From Oikopleura dioica (Eukaryota > Animalia > Chordata): a stretch of DNA of 64,000 nt. Position 1 is the first letter of the stretch. Each line of letters opens with the position of its first letter. The translations under genes were made by a program, and so were the position numbers. The notes under the pieces were generated by a model. That model did no database searches. It had not been told where the DNA came from and saw only the letters and a list, made by a program, of their open reading frames with translations. Shown here piece after piece: positions 59,801 to 64,000 of the stretch. The stretch lies in the NCBI GenBank assembly GCA_907165135.1, contig OU015567.1, forward strand, positions 6,882,001 through 6,946,000, written 5' to 3'.

Positions 59801-62800
59801 CAAGGACTCCTCCGTGACTTCCATTGGGGCGAAGCTGGCGAAAGGGCTCTATTACAAGGCGTCTCAAATGCTGTTTGAAGGATGCTGGCTAGAAAAACGC
59901 ATAAAGAAAAACGGAATTGATGATGGACCCGGAATCTGGAAAGGTCAAGAGCCGAAACGGGTTTGGCCTATTCACCACGCGCTACTTGTGCTCAACTTCT
60001 TCAAAAGAAATTGTAAAATCGTCAAGCTGGAAGATGCACTCAGCGAGGCTGCCAAGACCGACGAGTTCTATCGGGAAAATTTAAATTACGTACAGCAGCA
60101 AACGAAAAAATGGGCTCAATCCGGAATGGAGTATCTATCGGCACTTTCGAAAGTTCTGAACGAAAGCAGTATCGCAGAACCAGAGCTTGAAGAAGAAATA
60201 AACTTGGAAGAGCTCAATATCGCTGGCAATCGAATTGACCCGGAGTTGCTTCAAGAGAGCGAAGTTCGCGAGCCGCCTCCACCGAAAAATGATTTCGAGC
60301 TCGAAGTTGAAGCCTACAAAAAGTTGAACCTCCTTCAACTTGTCGCCTGGCAGAAGAAAATTGAGAAGAAAAACCCTCGAACAAACTGCGAGAGTTTCTT
60401 TCTCCGCGAATTCTGGACTTCCGAATTCACAAAAATCTACCTCTTCTCAAAAAATGCGCGTCGACTGTGAGTTTTTATCTTTTTCGAAAATAATTTGAAA
60501 AATTAAAGCTCCTTAATTGCCCATCGAGCTCTTCTTCCATCGAACGAGTCTTTGCAGAGGCAACTGCCGACTTGGGAAAGAATAAACCACGACTCAAGGC
60601 CCAAACAATTGAGCTCTACCGACAGCGAACCACGGCCGACCAGTTCCTCCAGCTCCTCCGAACAGTCTGCTTCAAGAACGATATCCCTTACACTTTTTAG
60701 CACTGTTCCTTGACATATTCTCTCTAAATAAACGGAAATAATTGGAAAAAAACGCGTTTTTTCGTGGTTTAAAAATCAGGGCAGTATATTTTACAGCAAT
60801 TCCTGCCCATAAAAGGGCACAATTTAGGGGCAGTCAATTTTACAGCAATTCCTGCCCTTAAAAGGGCACAATTTAGGGGCAGTCAATTTTACAGCGATTC
60901 CTGCCCTATTTTTCAAAATAAGAAATTTTTCTAGAACATCTATTGACATTCTGAGGTAGAAATCAAAAAACATTAGTTTAAAAGTGAAAAATGCCGAGAA
61001 AAGACCGCGATCAGATTGATGTTATCTGCCTGGAATGTCATAGCCTGTACCTTGATGGTTGGCGTTACCATATTGAGAGTATCAAGGTATTAATTAACGT
61101 TTATGATTTATAAATATTGTTAAAAGGATCATTTTCTGAAAAAACATTACACGATGATGATGACGAACAATCCTAAGCGTCAGTGGGAAATTATTCATAA
61201 TAATATTGAGATTATTCCAAAAGGCTCTCAATACGACTCGCTTTTCCATGTTTCGGACTACATCATCGGTATTTTTCTCACTTCAATTTATGAAAAAATC
61301 ATTTCAAGATACTTTTCATCAAGTTATCTGGGGCCCAAGACTGCGCATTTCCATACGATTCCGATACAGAGGCAAGCACAGTGCTCACCCTGAGCCCAAC
61401 TATACAATTCTTCCGATTTCGGAACTAAAATGGTCTCAAAAGCTCAAAATGTTCATTGACGCAGCCATTTCGAAGACAAAAGATGACAGGTTATCGATTC
61501 CTCAATTAGTATTTCAATAACAAAAGTCTAGAAAGAAGAGAAAATTAATAAAAACTATGCGCGATCGAAACCGTCATGGATATGACGCCGAAGAGCATCG
61601 AAATCAACGACTTTACTCTGGGTGTGGAGCATGTAATGCTCGTGAGAATCAAGAAGAACCGGCTCAACCTGAAGTCGAGTATTTTTAATAATATCTTTTA
61701 TTAAATAAAATTATATTCAAATAGTTTTGAGTGTTTTTTTACGAGAAAAAAAGGAAAAAACTGTGCCGTGCCGTGCTGTGCCGTGTCCCGGCACGCGTTC
61801 TTAAATTTTTTGCCGTGCCGTGCCGTGCCGTGCCGCGGCACAGGAATTTTTGGCGTGCCGTGCCGTGCCGGTGCCGTTGAATTTTCTTGAGACATTCCCC
61901 ACCCTGATATAGACTATTACAGCAATCCGGCGAACATGAGTGATCATACGTAAGTTTACAAAGCGCCATTTATGCATCGAGGAATGTGGTTTTGTTCATT
62001 GTTGAAATATTATTAGCGTTTGTGTGGACAATGTTTTCGACTTCACGACTGCCTTTTTATTCTCTTTGGAAGGTCAAACCACCATCGGCTACGGATCACG
62101 TGGCCCTACCGTAAGTTAGAAAAATGAGAAATTGTTTATCAGTAATTCAGATAGAGTTGCCTGAAAAACACTTTTTATTTTAGTCTTGTTTCTGTCAAAA
62201 TGCTTTTTACAGCAATTTCAGTGCTTTAAAATCTGATTGGCTTTAGTGCTCACATTTTCGAATCTGATTGGCCAAGAAAGAAACGTTTCTAGAACAAATT
62301 GTTTTTAAAAATTTTCAAAAAAAAAATATTTTTTTTTCCAACTACAACTAAAAAGAAAATTTGAAAAAATAATGATTTTTATCGTAAACAATTTGTTCTA
62401 GAAACATTTATTATAGATATAAGCCAATCAGATTTGAAAATCGGAAAACATAAGCCAATAAGATTTCAGAATTTAAGAAGAAACTTATCGAAAAATAAAG
62501 ATTGATCATGTCGTTGGTATTTTTTTTGTAAATAAAATTTTTAGATTCAATGCTGGTTTGTTGTTGTCGTCCAATTTATCCAGTGGCTCCTCGCTTACGC
62601 CTTCGATTCCCTCGTCGTTACAATCATTTTCACGAAACTAGCTCGCCCAAAATATCGAGCAAAGAGCATCGAGTTCTCAAAAAGCGCGGTCATCAACGAG
62701 CGCGACGGAAAGCTGGTGCTGATCGTCAGAGTCGCCAACCTCCGCGACTCGCTGATGCTGGACGTAACCGTCTCTGGCAAGTTATTGAAAACGCGGCGAA

Positions 62801-63513
62801 CTCCGGACGGCGAATGGCTCGCACTTGAAGAGCGCAACGTCGAATTCGACAATTCTAAGGCCCTTTTCCTCACTCAACCGGTCGGTAAGTGCATTCTTCT
62901 GCATCAAGAGAACTGAAATCATTAAAATTGCAAGACTATATCCACACTATTGACGAGAGATCACCGCTTTACGAGTTGTCGCAGAGTATCCTCGACCGCG
63001 ATGAAGAACCACTTGAACTTGTTGTGATTATGTCCGGTAAAATTTTACTGTCACTGACTTTTACTTACTGTGTTACAGGCATTGTGGAAGGGACTGGAAT
63101 GGCATGCCAAGTGAGAACGTCTTATATTCCCAATGAAATCTTTTGGGGACATAGATTCAGGCCAACGAATTGGGGCTCGAACGCGAAAAGGAAAAGCTTT
63201 ATTTTTCATAAATAAACGATTCAGAACAGGATTGAGCCCCAAAAAGATTACCAAAATAAGACGCTCAATCGATTCCAAGTCGACTACAAAATGTTCCATG
63301 AGCACTATCTGGTAATTAAACATCTCACTAGTCCTTTTGTTACAAAAATATTGGAAGATTGAGCCACTAATGTCTGGAAGAAGCGCAGAAGATCGCGACT
63401 TCGACCGAGAGTCGGAAAGATCGTCAACGACGCAAGAGTATGATACTATCACTCATGAAGTGGCCGTTCGAGCGAATATTCTGGCCAATATGATGACGAA
63501 TACATCCATTTGA
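56835..63513 (+). CDS. Inward-rectifier K+ channel (Kir) interrupted by a 4.2-kb hAT element
   Basis: RLVDKGG, MKDYFTSMIDTPWYYVL...AYQHGDID, CVDNVFDFTTAFLFSLEGQTTIGYGSR, KLARPKYRA...FSKSAVI...RVANLR, EGTGMACQVRTSYIPNEIFWGHRF. Confidence 0.92.
58367..58523. repeat. Tandem array of ~4 GGGCAG...(C/A)TGCCC hairpin units in transposase intron 1
   Basis: ~42-bp period within intron 58351-58544. Confidence 0.85.
59508..59689. repeat. Tandem array of 4 GGGCAG...CTGCCC hairpin units in a transposase intron
   Basis: ~50-bp period gggcaggaatctttataaaaatcctgccctaatcaatacaaattaattat within intron 59491-59720. Confidence 0.9.
60779..60907. repeat. Tandem array of 3 GGGCAG...CTGCCC hairpin units between transposase and cargo gene
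   Basis: ~50-bp period gggcagtcaattttacagcaattcctgccc. Confidence 0.85.
60991..61688 (+). CDS. hAT cargo gene, ~190 aa: CxxC..H..H finger, chromo-like segment, HH..CxxC tail
   Basis: Exons 60991-61086, 61127-61268, 61309-61489, 61532-61688; three 40-42-nt GT-AG introns, all frame-preserving, no internal stop. Confidence 0.75.
62230..62465. repeat. Inverted-repeat element in a Kir intron
   Basis: 2x aatctgattggc vs 2x gccaat(c/a)agatt, with an inner gtttctagaacaaattgttt / aaacaatttgttctagaaac pair. Confidence 0.7.
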
Positions 63514-63617
63514 AAGTTCAATTCTGTACTCTGATTTTCAATAATGTAAAACAAACAATCTCTAGAACGGAAAATATATGCGCATATTTTAATTTTGAGA
63601 TGAAAAGGACTAGAACA

Positions 63618-64000
63618 ATGGATTTTGAAGAGATACAGAAGATACTAGGAGAAGATGATTATCAGAAGTCCCTTGTATGGTTCTTTCTATGTTTTACTCT
63701 TGGTTTAAATGCTGGGAAATATTTCGGCCGTATGATCCGTGCAGCTAAAGAATGTGAGTTCTCAGCTTCAAATTTTATCGAAAACTAAGACTTTTTTAGT
63801 CTTCCTCGATTGCTACGACTTTATTCTCGACTGCAACGATTTCGTTGGACGTAAGTTAATTTTTTAATTCAGAAAACGTTTTTGATGACGAGCTGAATTT
63901 AAATTATTTTGAAGGGATTTTGAAAGGATATCGAGAGCGATGCAACTACATCAAGCAAAAAGAAATAATGCATGATTTGGTGGATCGGTATTACAGGCCT
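63618..64000 (+). CDS. 5' part of a possible SLC22/MFS-like transporter (runs off window)
   Basis: MDFEEIQKILGEDDYQKSLVWFFLCFTLGLNAG resembles the SLC22 N-terminal helix plus TM1; GT-AG introns follow; starts ~105 nt after the Kir stop. Confidence 0.45.

Larger units (their letters stand above)
58044..60700 (+). pseudogene. hAT transposase, intron-containing, probably defective as assembled
   Basis: BED-like CTAENC...RDHLKAHH; TRW-like IRFSNNYD; FWTS; dimerisation motif LLNCPSSSSSIERVFAEA (60509 on, missed by ORF track). In-frame TGA at 58981-58983, no clear first catalytic D-x-W segment, last intron phase does not resolve. Confidence 0.8.
57715..61906 (+). mobile_element. hAT transposon (family H1, 4192 bp) in a Kir coding exon
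   Basis: 12-bp TIR cagggtggggaa; 8-bp TSD atatagac at 57707-57714 and 61907-61914; inverted ggcac subterminal arrays (~57733-57837, ~61762-61877); internal hAT transposase. Confidence 0.95.

Noticed and set aside
58044-60700. Calling the H1 copy an active autonomous transposon
   Set aside because: In-frame stop at 58981-58983, no recognisable first catalytic Asp segment and an unresolved last-intron phase; activity would need another copy or corrected sequence.
58367-60907. CRISPR-like reading of the palindromic arrays
   Set aside because: Spacers are near-identical within arrays, the context is eukaryotic and no cas genes are present.

Overview
Gene-dense eukaryotic DNA with many ~40-60 nt introns, several non-canonical GA-AG/GG-AG introns, same-strand genes 86-224 nt apart and many MITEs. 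This pattern fits a larvacean tunicate such as Oikopleura dioica (inference). Genes reconstructed by hand-splicing: a RING E3 ligase, a SENP/Ulp1-like protease fused to a CXXC finger, class-2 DYRK, GALNT1/13-like, WDR48, a calmodulin-like protein, AGBL4, VPS25, SMC1, a Gla-domain receptor tyrosine kinase with a nested antisense microgene, DBR1, an unknown gene, an atypical homeodomain gene, a CUB membrane protein, a Kir channel and the start of an SLC22-like gene. Main observation: three hAT families with 5'-CAGGG termini and 8-bp TSDs, two of them inside conserved coding exons (Kir, WDR48). The 4.2-kb Kir insertion carries a probably defective transposase and an intact 4-exon zinc-finger/chromo-like cargo gene. 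A GT in its TIR and an AG in the distal TSD would allow removal as an intron with an in-frame +6 nt footprint (Introner-like; untested without RNA data). Caveat: four -1 frameshifts in homopolymer runs of conserved genes suggest long-read assembly errors, so single-base frame arguments need read-level checks.
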